Assembly: GCA_051313645.2 (NCBI GenBank)
Contig: JBNRSN020000003.1
Location: 51,212,001 to 51,276,000, forward strand
Direction of reading: 5' to 3'
DNA from: Centroscyllium fabricii
Lineage: Eukaryota
DNA: 64,000 bases
Part shown: positions 12,355-24,739 of the stretch, in pieces
Numbering within the stretch: position 1 is the stretch's first letter
Layout: every line of letters starts with the position of its first letter
Made by a program: the position numbers and the translations under genes
The notes under the pieces: model-generated
Told to the model about the DNA's origin: nothing
The model's input: only the letters and a program-made list of their open reading frames with translations
The model's database searches: none

Positions 12355-13116
12355 GGGGGGTAATTTCATGTCCGCGTGAGGCGGAGTTTTCGGCAGGTCG
12401 ACCGGCAAAATAGCGCAACCAGTGGGTCGTGACCCGCCCCCAGCCGGATCCCCGCCGCTTTATCATTTTCCCTCGCCCTGATTCCCCGCCCCGAAACCTT
12501 CCCGCTGGTGGCCGGCGGGGATGGGTTGTCACCTCGTTAAGGGCCCTTAATTGGCATGTTTAATGCCATTTTAAGGGCCCTCAGCCAATCTGAGCTGCTT
12601 CCCACCGTAACCCCGTCACCTTAAACCCCGCTGGCTGAAACCCAGTGGGAGCACAGCGCTGGTCATTACTTTCTCCTTCAAGGTGTGAAGGACATGCTGC
12701 CAAATGCTTGGCATGCCTCCAGCACCTTAGAGGAGTAAGTTACTCTGTGGTGGCTGCACCAGCTGTGGGCAAAAACTGAGAAATCTCAGCTTTGCACATT
12801 TCCTCACAGCCGGTGCGAGCTGTCAAAGATTCGGAGCCCGCCCGCCCACCTGTCAGTCACCAGCACTTAACCTTTCCCATTGGTTCCACTCGACTGTGAT
12901 GTCACAGTGGAGTGTTTCCATGGGAACTGTCAACAACCAGTGCTGGAACTGTCAATCAAGCTCCTCACAGCCCCGCTGCAGCCTGACTCGATTGATTCAA
13001 CTACCACCCGCTGCCCCCGGCGGGGATTTAACAACTTTGGTCTTTGGCCAGGTGGGCCAGGAACCCGCCCAGACCAATCCCCGCCAAGTTCCCGCACTTA
13101 CGGCAAAATCCCCCCC
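12355..13116. mobile_element. Harbinger-like MITE
   Basis: imperfect TIRs ggggggtaattt / aaaatccccccc; AAT on both flanks; ttaagggcccttaattggca motif shared with the 18662 and 23569 elements. Confidence 0.65.
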
Positions 13117-13717
13117 AATGTGTTCGTAATCGGACGCAGAGCATCAGCCCTTTTCTAGGCATCACTTCTACTTGTGCTCATTTTAGCATACACACAGCAT
13201 GGTCACAATGTGAACCAGTGAATCATGCACTATCTGTGCTAATACTCACTGTTAAGGCTCACACATGAATAATGGCTATTTGAATGGGGTACTAGAGTAA
13301 GTAAGTAAGTAAATTTTATTGTCACACAACTGAACAAAATTCAGACAGTGAAATGCCTACTGCTATTCTACACGCGCTACACATCAACCAACAACAAAAG
13401 AACATAAGATACATAGCACGCCCAGAACCCGCAAGACGTCAAGCCATTCTCCGGGGAGAAAAAAAAAGAGGGCAAATCAATCTGTGGAACCCTGCCCCAG
13501 AAAGGCATTTCAATGACTTCAGGAGCAAAGTGGCGAGGAAAAATATTTAGAGGAGAAGAACAGAAATGGAAAATGATCTGTGCACCTCCTACGCCGGCTC
13601 TTCAATGACAAAGGCTCTGAATGACTTTTTCTCTTTGCTATTCTTGCACTGTTGTTGATTATTAAATCCTTAACTATTTCAGTCCTTTGTGTAAAAGTTG
13701 ATCTCTCGATCCTGCAG

Positions 13718-13910
13718 GTACATCAGAGTGGCATTGCTTCCGAGTTCATGTGACTCCAGTAGTCTGTTCCGCACAAAGGTTCATAGTGTTGCAGAGACTC
13801 TCGTCTTCAATGAGGTATTCAGGGTAGCCATTACCCAGGCTGCTTTACATCAGAAGACACTGCGAGTTGATGTTTGCTCCGTGGGGAAGACAGAGTTGGA
13901 GGATTGTCTG
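13718..13910 (+). CDS. WWC2: WWC2 exon, C2 domain
   Basis: tgcag|G...TGTCTG|gtgagt; YIRVALLPSSCDSSSLFRTKVH...FNEVFRVAITQAALHQKTLRVDVCSV...DCL. Confidence 0.95.
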
Positions 13911-15039
13911 GTGAGTGATGAAGAAACTTTATTAGGACCATTTCACAGTATTTAAATACTGAAACAAACATTAGTCTGTAGACAGACTCCTGGAAAGCTT
14001 ACACAGTAATCTGAGAAGCACTGGACAGTTAATATTAAGGTAAAAAGAGTTTGAATTTTAAAAAAAATCACCCAGCAATGAGCAACAAGATTACTTTAGA
14101 ACAAACCAGCTGCTTGCTGTCTGCATTTCAAAATGAAGCAACAGGCTGGTGTTGAAAAGATAATGAGCTAAATTTTACTTGCGCTGTTTCTCTCGGCACT
14201 GATACAATACACAGCTCTGTGCAGCATCGTGCTTCAAAGGGGGTTGAATTTCTCTGGGAATTTCTTTCCCACTTGTCTGCTGTAACTTCGGAGGAAGAGC
14301 TGCAAAAACCTCAGGGAAACAGCGTGAAGGGAGCTGTGTGGTAACAGTTTGTTCATTTACATTTTCAATTACATTTTGTTGGTTTTGCTGAGTCGTCTGC
14401 CAATTTTGCAGTTATGGTTTTTTTTTTTTTCTCAGCAATACATCCCTTCATTATTCTTGGTTGCATTTAAGTTGCACCACACAAAGTGGTGAGGGTGGGT
14501 ATTTCTTTTTGGCATTCTGAATGTGCTTCATGATTTACATGAGCAAGAGGAGTTCATGAAGGGGTCAACGATTTCAGGTGCAACATCACCCCAGGACCTG
14601 TATGTTTCCACCCTCCACACGTACCTGAAGATGTCTTTACTGCCTCCAGTTACACAAGACAGGCTGACAGAAGGTTCTTCAGGCAACATCAGGAACCGGG
14701 ACAACCCTTCCTGCAGAACTGAAGATTATCACAACATGTTAGCGTATTCTTCCAACCAACCACCAAGAGCGTCTGTCACACATTTCCAAGCAAGGGGCTA
14801 CTGCTCTGTTTGCAAGGGGAAACACCTTCATCATTTTTTCTGTGGTAAGAAGACAGCAGCTTTCACTCAAATGAAAGAGCGTGTGCAAAAGGTTGTGGAC
14901 AACACTTCAAATGCTACGTCCCAGAGGAAGTGGCAGTTCACGTGATGGATGAGCTCTGCAGGAGCGTAAGCAAAGTTGAGGAGTACAGTTTCCTTTGCCT
15001 TCCGCCTGGTACCAGCAGACTTTTTCCTCAGACAGGTGT

Positions 15040-15500
15040 CAGCCATGGCTCAGTGGTAGCACTCTCGCCACTGGGTCAGAAGATTATGGGTTCAAGTCCC
15101 ACTTCAGAGACTTGTGCACAAAATCAAGGCTGACGCCCTCAGTGCACTACTGAGGGAGTGCTGCACTGTCCACGGTGCCGTCTTTCGGTTGAGTCCTTAA
15201 ACTGAAGCCCTGCCTACTCTCTCAGGTGCACTTAAAAGATCCCATGGCACTATTTTGAAGAAGAGTACTTCTCCCCAGTGTCCTGACCAATATGTATTAC
15301 TCACCCAAAACACTTTGCAGTCAACCAACATCTAAAGCAGGTTATCTGATCATTTTCTCATTGCCGTTTGTGGGACCTTGCTATGGGCGAATTGGCTGCT
15401 GCATTTCCTACATTACAACAGTGATTCATCTTCAGAAGTACTTAATTGACTGCAAAGTGCTTTGGTATGTCCTGAGGTCATAAATGCAAGTCTTTCTTTC
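15040..15500 (+). mobile_element. Deu-domain SINE (SacSINE1-like)
   Basis: tRNA-like head and Deu domain gagggagtgctgcactgtc...gtgccgtctttcgg...gatcccatggcactatttt. Confidence 0.85.
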
Positions 15501-15566
15501 TTTCTCATTTGGAACCAGTACACAGGAGTCCTGTGACTGCATTGACTCAATCCATGACCTATCTCC

Positions 15567-16315
15567 AAGATTCAAGATTATTTTATTGCCATATGTAACT
15601 GGTACAGTGGAATGCTTACTCCCCACTTACTCCCACAATATAAGTAAATATAAAAGGCAAAAGTAAAAACAAGTATAAAAATAGAAATAATAAGCAACCA
15701 AACAAATAAGCAACACGTGCTCTTAGCAGTTCAGTAGGCGCACTGCCTGTGGGTAGAAACTGTTCTTAAACCTGCTGGTCCTGGTTCGGATGCTGCAGTA
15801 CCGACGGCCGGACCACAGGCGGGAGAACAGATCGTGCCCAGGGTGATTGGGGTCCTGGATGATGGAGCGGGCCTTGTTCCGACACCTGGTTTGGAAAATC
15901 TCCTCGATGGACGGAAGTGCACACCCGATTATCTTTTCTGCCGTCCTCACGACCCTCTGGATGGCTTTCCTGTCCTGTGCAGTGGTGTTACCGCACCACA
16001 CAGTGACACCACCCGTCAGGACGCTCTCTATGGTGCCACGGTAAAAGTTCACCAGCCACTGTGTGCTTATGCCGCATTTTCTCAGGCACCGTAGAGGGTA
16101 GAGACGCTGGTGTGCCTTCTTCAGCATGGCCTCGGTGTTGTAGTTCCAGGTCAGGTCATCGGAGATCTGCAGACCCAGGAATCGGAAGCAACTGACGACT
16201 TCCACCGGTGTCCCGTTTATGCCGATGGGGCGGTGGTTCCCTCGGTGGCTTCTGAAGTCCATGATGAGCTCCTTAGTTTTGCCGACGTTCAGGGCAAGGT
16301 TATTGTCATTGCATG
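15567..16315 (-). mobile_element. Rex1/Babar LINE 3' part
   Basis: 179-aa open segment FRFLGLQISDDLTW...KKAHQRLY...FYRGTIESVL...FKNSFYPQAVRLLN. Confidence 0.92.
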
Positions 16316-16930
16316 CTTCTAGTGGAGGGTGTCCTTAGGCCCAAAACAGGGGCACCCTCCTTTGATGCTGCTCCTGCAGCAAGACCTCCAACCCTTCAAA
16401 GAGAGCAATGTTACTCACATATCACTGTGAACAACTAGTTCATATTTCTGTCAACTCAAGAACGTTCCCTTTAATAGCGAACTGTAGCCCTTGAAGAGCT
16501 GCGGCCTTGCTGAATTGTCCACTCTGCAGCCAGGTGTACTACAGGCCAAACTTTTCAGGTGTCAGCAGTCTATTCAAATTAGGGGAGGGACCCCACTCAG
16601 AAAATGCATCGCAGTTCTTGTCCTGAACTGGCTAAATGAATGTGCCTGAGCCATGGGCTAGCTCAAGCATGTTTTTGTCATTATCAGATAATTGGGGCTA
16701 TTGTTTAATTGTTCGTCCTTCTGAAGAATGGCACTTTGTTCCTATTACTAGAGCTGAGATCAAGTTTACCAGGTCGAGAATGTTGTACGGGTAATGGCTG
16801 CTCTGTGTCACAGTGTATTTATACACCAGTAAACTTCAAGTACGTGAGGAGGATTCCAGAAACAGTCATTAATATCTCTGTTAGGTAAAAGTTATCAACC
16901 GACTAGTCTTCAGATTTTCTCTCTCTGTTA

Positions 16931-17630
16931 TGCCCCAGTTTCACTGGAGGCTACGAATTGCCGAATCGTGCCGATTGTGAAATTTGTCCGATTCGTGGGT
17001 CATTCTTGCAATTCGTGGTTGATTCGTAGTGGATTCGTAGCGGATTCGTAGCGGATTCGTAGAGTTCGCGGAAGTTCGCGGGATTTCTTTGAGTTTTCAA
17101 GAAAGTTTTTGTTTGTCAAAAAATTTCGTGGGAGTGTTCACGGATGTCCAATTCGTGATAGATTCCTAAACAATTCGTGACCCATTCTTACCGTTCGTGA
17201 CCCTTTCTTACCGTTCGTAACTGATTCGTAGTGGATTCGTGGTGCATTCTTGCCTATTCTTGGGCATTCTTGATTTTCTCAAATTCGTGGAAAAACGCCG
17301 AATTCATCACGAATGTCCACGAATGCACTACGAATGCACTACGAATGCAATTCGTAGATAATTCGTAGCTAATTCGTAGAATTCGTAACTTAATCGTGGA
17401 GGTCGTAGTGGATTCGTAAATTAATTCTTCATATTCGTGAGTGATTCGTACCTCATTCCTACAATAATTCGTGATAGATTCTTAACCTTGTCCAGAATCG
17501 CCAAGAATTCACCAAGAATCGCCAAGAATCAACCACGAATTTTCGCTTTTCTTGCAGAATCGCCAAGAATTTCGATTCCTGACGATTCTTGATATTCTTG
17601 ACATTCTTAGCCTCCAGTGAAACTGGGGCA
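16931..17630. mobile_element. Non-autonomous PIF/Harbinger DNA transposon (700 bp)
   Basis: perfect 23-bp TIRs tgccccagtttcactggaggcta / tagcctccagtgaaactggggca; TTA TSD; interior built of ATTCGT/ATTCTT motifs. Confidence 0.9.
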
Positions 17631-18243
17631 TTACTTGGCTTCAGTTGAGGAACATGACAGTAACAAAACCAGCAGCAAACTGCTGCCCTTACCTGAGCCG
17701 TCAAAACGAGACATTTCAGTTGTGCCCGTCCAAAGATAAAAAAATGTTTGAAGGATTGCTGGCTCAATTTATACCAGCTTTAAAGTACGGTAAATTAACG
17801 TAAAACGGTTAATGGAGTCCACATAAGATGCATCATTCTTGAATCTGGCATGCTACTTACTTACTTAAGACTCCCCATGATTTCAGACAAATCACTGTTG
17901 GGCAGCAGTGACTTTGAGTCCTATTCCTAATAACTTGGTCAACACGTAAACCAACCCCACCAAGATCAGGTTAATTGGCCATCCACCTCATTACTATTTA
18001 TGCAGTCTTGCTCTATTCAAACTGGCTGTCATATTTGCTGACATAATGACAGTCACTGTGCTTTTAAATAATTCTTTTGAGGCTTTTTGGATACGGCACT
18101 ATAAAAATGCAAGTCTTTCCTTTGTAAAATTCCTATGTGAAAGAGGTACATAGGAATTTTCTACAAACACACTAACCAAGTTATTAAAAAACGGAAGTCA
18201 GACTAATTTCTGCCTGATAACTTTCTGGTCTCTTTTTCTAAAG

Positions 18244-18408
18244 GCTGGAACCCAAATCAGTCTGGCAGACCTCTCCAGCACCGGTGAGACCGCTACCAGC
18301 TGGTACAACATGCTACATTGCAAGATCATGAACATTCATAATCCAAAGAACAAAGCCCAAAGTGAGGAAACCTCGCTCACACCTCAGCCTTGCAGCACTA
18401 TGGACAAG
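18244..18408 (+). CDS. WWC2: WWC2 exon, end of C2 domain
   Basis: aaag|GCT...AAG|gtaagg; AGTQISLADLSSTGETATSWYNML... Confidence 0.93.
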
Positions 18409-18661
18409 GTAAGGATTATTCAGAGGAATGAATTAGGTTTGGTAGAACCATTGCATGGAGCTGAACACAGAGTTTTGGTTCTAATTTGCACAAATAACTG
18501 GAAGTGGAATGTCATGTCACAAGAAAGTGGCAGAAGTCAGGAGTAATCCTGTCTCACTAAAGGACTCTCACTTACAAATGATTATAGTTCAGTATTGATA
18601 ATGGACATCACAGTCTGTGTGCAGACTGTCCTCCACCTCTGGGCTGAAGGAGGAACCCAGT

Positions 18662-19531
18662 GGGCAGGATTTTCCTGAAGGTGTGGGAAATGGGTGGGAT
18701 CCCCACTGATCACTCTATCTTCCCACGTTGTGAAGGGTGTGGAATCCCCACACAATTTTGGCTTAATTGGCCAATTAATTCCCAGAGTGTGGGAAGATCC
18801 TAGCAATTAAGGGATTTTGCCTAGAAACTGGGCAGGCATTGACCTGTGTCAGCAACAGAGCCGATGATTGACAGCTGTAGTGATAGGCTTAGTGTTTCTC
18901 TTTCTGTGGTTTCAGGGCATTATGATGTCATAATGCTATGTCAACAGATGAAACCACAAATCTAAGAGTGACAGCTTTAAGTAGGCTGCCTCTGTTTGTT
19001 TATGGTTTCAGTGGAATGTAAACAGAAACTGATCCACTGGGTGATTGACAGCGGAGCTGCTTTGCTTCACAGACAAGCTCGCAGCGCAATGTCTGTGAGT
19101 GAGTAGGACACAGCTGGCAGGTAAATGATTTTAAGGTCTTTGGGCACTGAAGTTTGGCACCCTTGGGTGCCAGTTACACCTCCAGCATGTTGGAGGCTAG
19201 CAAGCTGCTGTGTGGCTGCTGTTTTCCATGCCTTGAAGGTGGCAGTCACCCAGCCCGCCAGCTTTCAACGGCGGTGTTCCCACCAGGCGGGTTCTGGGTG
19301 GGAAGAGGGTCAAAGTAGCAAGGGGCCCTTAAAATGATATTACCGATGCCAATTAAGGGCCCCTAATGAGCCTAACGAGCATCTCCGCCAATGCCGGGCG
19401 AGACTGAGGTGGGCCGACCGGACCCGCCGAGTGAAATTCACAAGCGGGCGGGAAGGCGGAACCCCATTTCTGCTATTTTCGCTGCAGTCCCGCCCAGAAA
19501 CCTGCCTCATGGCCCGAGGAAAATGCTGCCC
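18662..19531. mobile_element. Harbinger-like MITE
   Basis: TIRs gggcaggattttcct / aggaaaatgctgccc; AGT on both flanks. Confidence 0.7.
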
Positions 19532-20772
19532 AGTATATCCCGTATGAGGAGCCAATTCCATGTTTAATGTAAGCCCCTTAGCTTGGTTTGAACCTGAGTT
19601 AAGAAGGGTGAAGTGAGACGTAAAAGCATTTGCGGGAAGGCAGTGGTCTATCTGCTTAACTCCTTTCTTATGTTATTGCACTCATCGTCCTGTTTACAAA
19701 GCCTTCCATTCTGACATTAATTCTTGGTGTGGTAATTGCTACGGGCCTGAAATGGGCACCACACACTGATCCCAACCAGGGGGCCCAAGGCCAGCCCAAA
19801 ATGAGGCCTCGGGCCTTATTAACATTTTGCTGGGGGCTCCTGCTTAGGCCGCAGCGGCCACCGAAGGATCCTGAGCGGAACAGACCCAGCTTCTGCTCTG
19901 TTCATCATCAGTATCCAATTTGGTAAAGGGGGCCTACAACAGGCGTTACACACGCCATTTACAGATGTTAGGGACCTAATGCCTGTTTCATGCTGAAGAA
20001 TGGTCCTAGTCAATATCGCGTTGGATGACTTTCAGGCGTCCTTTGGACGTGGAACGTTAGGCCTAGAAATGGGCCCTTATACCCGTTGTACACTCATAAA
20101 ATGGGCACAAGGTGATCCAGTTTCTAAGCCCTTGGCTCCCTGATCTATCACGTTGTATTTGATGCTGTTTTCAGGGCCTGCACTGTAACTTGTTCCATGT
20201 TATAATGTACAGAATGTTTGGCTCTCAAAGGTTGTGTTTTAAAGAGGGTGGACTACATTTGTAGCAAGTACCCAAGGTCAGACATGTGGGGGAAGTAGAA
20301 CCAATCCGAGCCCCGTCCTTCTCCCCATCCTTTAGTTAATATCACCTGTGTAACCTACTTCAGCTCCTTAGGGTTCACACATCCCGAAAGAATTATTTAT
20401 TTTCTCATTAAACTATGACTCAGTATTTAGCAAAGTGGGGTATACATTACAGCATTGCTCCAGACATGGACAAATTCCAGAGATGAGGTGAGAGTGACTG
20501 TCCTTGACATCAAGGCAGCATCTGACCAAGTGTGGCATCAAGGAACCCCAGCAAAACTAAAGGCAAATGGAATCGGAGGGAGAACGCTCCACTGGCTGGA
20601 GTCATACCTAGCACAAATGAAGATGGTTGTGGTGGTTGATGTTCAATCTTCACAGCCCCAGGACATTGCTGCAGGAGTTCCACAGGGCAGTGTCCTAGGC
20701 CCAACCATCTTCAGCTGCTGCATCAATGACCTTGCCTCCAACATAAGGTCAAAAATGGGGATGTTCGCTGAT

Positions 20773-21088
20773 GGCGGCACGGTGGCATAGTGGTTAGCAC
20801 TGTTGCCTCACAGCGCTGGGCGCCCGGGTTCAAATCCAGCCTCGGGTACTATCTGTGTGGAGTTTGCACATTCTCCCCATGTCTGCGTGTGTTTCCTCCA
20901 GGTGCTCCGGTTTCCTCCCACAGTCCAAAGATGTGCGGGTTAGGTTGATTGGCCATGATAAATTGACCCTTAGTGTTAGGGGAATTAAATGTGTGGGGTT
21001 ACGGGGATAGGGTGGGATATGTGTCGGTGCAGGCTCGATGGGCCGAAATGGCCTCTATCTGCACTGTAGGGATTCTATGATTCTATGA
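20773..21088 (+). mobile_element. V-SINE with alternative (attctatg)n tail
   Basis: full head and V-domain; 3' tail differs from the other copies. Confidence 0.9.
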
Positions 21089-21777
21089 CTGCAGTGTTCA
21101 GTGCCATTCACAACTCCTCAGGTCATGAAGCAGTCCATGCCCACATGCAACAAGACCTGGACGCCGTTCAGGCTTGGGCTGATATGTGACAGGTAACATT
21201 TGCACCACAGAAGTGCCAGGCAATGACTATCTCCAACAAGCGAGAGTCTAACCACCTCCCCTTGACATTCAACGGCATTACCATTACCGAATCGCCCACC
21301 ATCAACATCCTGGGGGTCAACAATGACCAGACACTTAACTAGACCAGCCACATAAATACTGTGGCAACATGAGTAGGTCAGAGGCTAGGTATTCTGCGGC
21401 GAGTGTCTCCCCATCTGACTCCCCAAAGCCTTTCCACCATCTACAAGGCACAAGTAAGGAGTGTGATGGAATACTCTCCACTTGCCTGGATGAGTGCAGC
21501 TCCAACGACAATCAAGAAGTTCGACACCATCCAGGACAAAGCAGCCCGCGTGACTGGCACCCCATCCACCACCTTAAACATTCACTCTCTCCACCACCGG
21601 CGTACCATGGCTGCAGTGTGTACCATCGACAAGATGCACTGCAACAGCTCGCCAAGGCTTCATCAGCAGCACCTCCCAAACCTGCGACCTCTTCTACCTA
21701 GAAGGACAAGGGCAGCAGGCGCATGGGAACACCACCACCTGCAAGTTCCCCTCCAAGTCACACACCATCCTGACTTA

Positions 21778-22300
21778 GATAGAAACATAGAAGATAGGAG
21801 CCGGAGTAGGTCATTCGACCCCCTCGAGCCTGCTCCACCATTCAATGCGATCATGGCTGATCATCCAAATTCAGTACCCTGTCCCTGCTTTCTCCCCATA
21901 TCCCTTGATCCCTTTAGTCTTAAGAAATATATCCAACTCCTTCTTGAATATATTTAATGAATTGGCCTCTACTACCTTCTGCGGTAGAGAATACCACAGG
22001 TTCACCACTCTGGGTGAAGAAATTCCTCCTCATCTCTGTCCTAAATGGCTTCTTATCCTTAGACTGTGACCCCTGGTTCTGGACTCCCCCACCATCAGGA
22101 ACATCCTTCCTACATCTAGTCTGTCCAGTCCTGTTAGAATTTTATAAGTTTCAATGAGATCCCCCCAATCTCTCCTTATACGTCATTCCTGCCATCCCAG
22201 GTATCAGCCTGGTGAATCTTCGCTGAACTCCTTCCATGGCAAGAACATCCTTCCTTAGATAAGGTGAGCAAAACTGCACACAATACTCAAGATGTGGTCT
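21778..22300 (-). mobile_element. CR1 LINE 3' fragment
   Basis: near-identical to 7909-8114 plus 9030-9400. Confidence 0.88.
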
Positions 22301-23568
22301 TAGAAGTATATCGCCGATCCATCATCGTCGCTGGGTCAAAATCCTGGAACTTCCTCCCTAGCAGCACTGTGGGAGTACCTTCACCACACGGACTGCAGCG
22401 GATCAAGAACGCGGCTCACCACCACCTTCTCAAGGGCAATTAGGGATGGGCAATAAATGCTGGCCTTGCCAGCGACGCCCACATCCCATAAACAAATAAA
22501 AGATATATATGTTGGTCAACAGAGTATTGGATAGCTCACTAGACTCGAACTTATAATTTATCGCCAATTTGTTCAGTAGTGCGTGTGAAATGTAAAACTG
22601 AAACATAGAAACACAGAAGATAGGAGCAGGAGTAGGCCATTCGGCCCTTCAAGCCTGCTCCGCCATTCAATGAGATCATGGCTGATCATCCAAACCCAGT
22701 ACCCTGTCCCTGCCCTCTCCCCATATCCCTCGATCACTATCGAGCCTGCACCGACACATATCCCACCCTAAACCACTTGAAACACTGAGAGGTTTAACTT
22801 CATTATATTACAAGGAGCAGTTTAGCAGGGATTGCAGAGCTGGTTATTTGATCTGCTGATTTTACTTCCGGCCAAAGAGTTATGAAACTTCAGTTAAATG
22901 CCTTATTGTCTGATGACTTTGACAAGCAGGCTTTTGTAGATAAAAATACAAATGAGATTACTAAATTATGTATTTATAATTTAAGTATCACAAGTAACTT
23001 CCATGGGCAGACACTGCAGTTAATTATAACCTATGTTCGGCAAGGACACTGCATTCTTTAGGGGAAACTGAAATGCCTTTGGTGAGTTGTGTCATATGAT
23101 TGGCTGCTCAAATACAAAATTCTACTTGAAAGAAAAGAATTCTCTATATTCTGCCTTTACTTCTTTCACTTTCTGTGAGCTTCTTCTCTTTGATAAAGTG
23201 CCACATAATGGTCTTGCCACCAAGATTTAATCCCTTGGAATAAAAGGGACAGTGGCGACATGCATATGAAATTGGCTAAGTGACAGGAAACAGAGAGTCG
23301 TGATGAACGGTTGTTTTTTGGACTGGAGGAAGGTAGACAGTGGTTTTCCCCATGGATCGGTACTAGGGCCACTGCTTTCTTTGATATATATTAATGACTT
23401 GAACTTGGGTGTACAGGGCACAATTTCAAAATTTGAAGATGACACAAAACTTGGAAGTATAGCAAACAGTGAGGAGGATAGTGATAGACTTCAAGAGGAC
23501 ATAGACAGGCTGGTGGAATGGGCGGACATGTGGCAGATGAGATTTAACGCAAAAAAGTGCGAAGTGTT

Positions 23569-24739
23569 TTGCATCAATTTTTCATAGGTGCGGGGAATTG
23601 GCAGGTTTTGGGCGGGTCAGGTTTCTGACCTGAATGTTAAAGGGCCTAGGAGGCCCATGTAATTTTGGCTCAATTGGCCAATTAATTCCCTGCGTGCGGG
23701 ATCCCCTGCCAATTGACTGATTTAAGACAGAAAGCCGTCGGGGTTCCCACTGTGTAACCACCAGAGCCCTTGATTGACAAGTCTAAGTAGTTTGGATTGC
23801 TTGTGTCAGGATTCCAGCCACTCGTTCCTCTGCCAGCCACCAGAGGGCAATTTAGGATGCCTCTGTACCATGCTGCCAAGTCTCAGTGACTCTCTCCTCA
23901 CCTGTGTCTCATTCAAGTAATTATCTCATTGAAGTAATCGGGCCTGGTATTTAAGCCAACTATTTCCAGCCCCAGGCACTCGGTCTTGAGGTCTCGTGCC
24001 TGCAAGTCACAGAGTTGTGTATGTCCTGTTGATACTTGGAATCATTACTTGATCTGTTGTATGAAGAGCCTTCGAGTAAAGTATCTTCTGAGTTCTACTG
24101 CATCTTATGTCTCTGGCTGTTTGTTCTGCACCTGGGTCCACTACCACTCCCGTCAAGGCTTGTATCTGTTGACTGAGTGCTTTGTGATGTCATAAAGGCC
24201 TGTAATCACAAGCCCTTGATTGACAAGTCTAAGTAGTTTGTTTCACTGGCAGCCTCTTGACAGCTAGGGAAGACCTATCTGTTAATCAGTAGAAATCAGC
24301 TGGAAGGCAAGTTTTTGAAAGTTTTTTTCCCACTGATCGTGTTCACCCTAGGGATACAGTTAGTCCCGATGCAGGCTGGAGCCCTGGGATGGCTTCTGCT
24401 GCAGCTGCTTGAATGATAGCCAGGAAGTCACTAGTGTCCCCACTAGGTTTCACGGGCGGGGTTTCAGGCTGGCGGGTTATGGGTGGGAAACGCTTCAAAA
24501 TCGCGTAGGGGGCCTTAAAATGGCATTATACATGCCAATTAAGGGTCCCTAATGAGCCTAATGACTATCTCCGCCGGCTGCCGGCAGGAAATATTTGGGG
24601 CGGCTTGACACGGCAGCGGGAAATCACAAAGCGGCGGGGATCCGGCGGGGGTGAGGGGTGTCGGGACCCCCCGGTTTTGGTATTTTGTGCCCATCCCCGC
24701 CGAAAAGCCCGCCCGATGGCTCGCTGAAAATTGACGCCA
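23569..24739. mobile_element. Harbinger-like MITE inserted in CR1
   Basis: TIR-like ttgcatcaattttt / gaaaattgacgcca; motifs shared with the 12355 and 18662 elements. Confidence 0.6.
23804..24157 (+). mobile_element. Solo LTR, same family as 11345-11750
   Basis: TGTCAGGA start, collinear homology, GCTTG flanking duplication. Confidence 0.75.

Larger units (their letters stand above)
14980..16410 (-). pseudogene. Fossil Myb/SANT-like ORF of a Harbinger-type transposon, split by SINE and Rex1 insertions
   Basis: three collinear pieces: FEGLEVLLQEQHQRRVPLF / VMD*VNAVTGLLCTGSK / RKKSAGTRRKAKE. Confidence 0.55.
20455..22500 (+). mobile_element. CR1/L2-group LINE RT to 3' end, with nested V-SINE and CR1
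   Basis: LDIKAASDQVWH...GVPQGSVLGPTIF...INDL...MFAD; IYKAQVRSVMEY; continues after both inserts. Confidence 0.88.

Noticed and set aside
16960-17600. CRISPR-like appearance of short repeats
   Set aside because: No constant repeat with unique spacers; eukaryotic context; bounded by TIRs and a TTA TSD.
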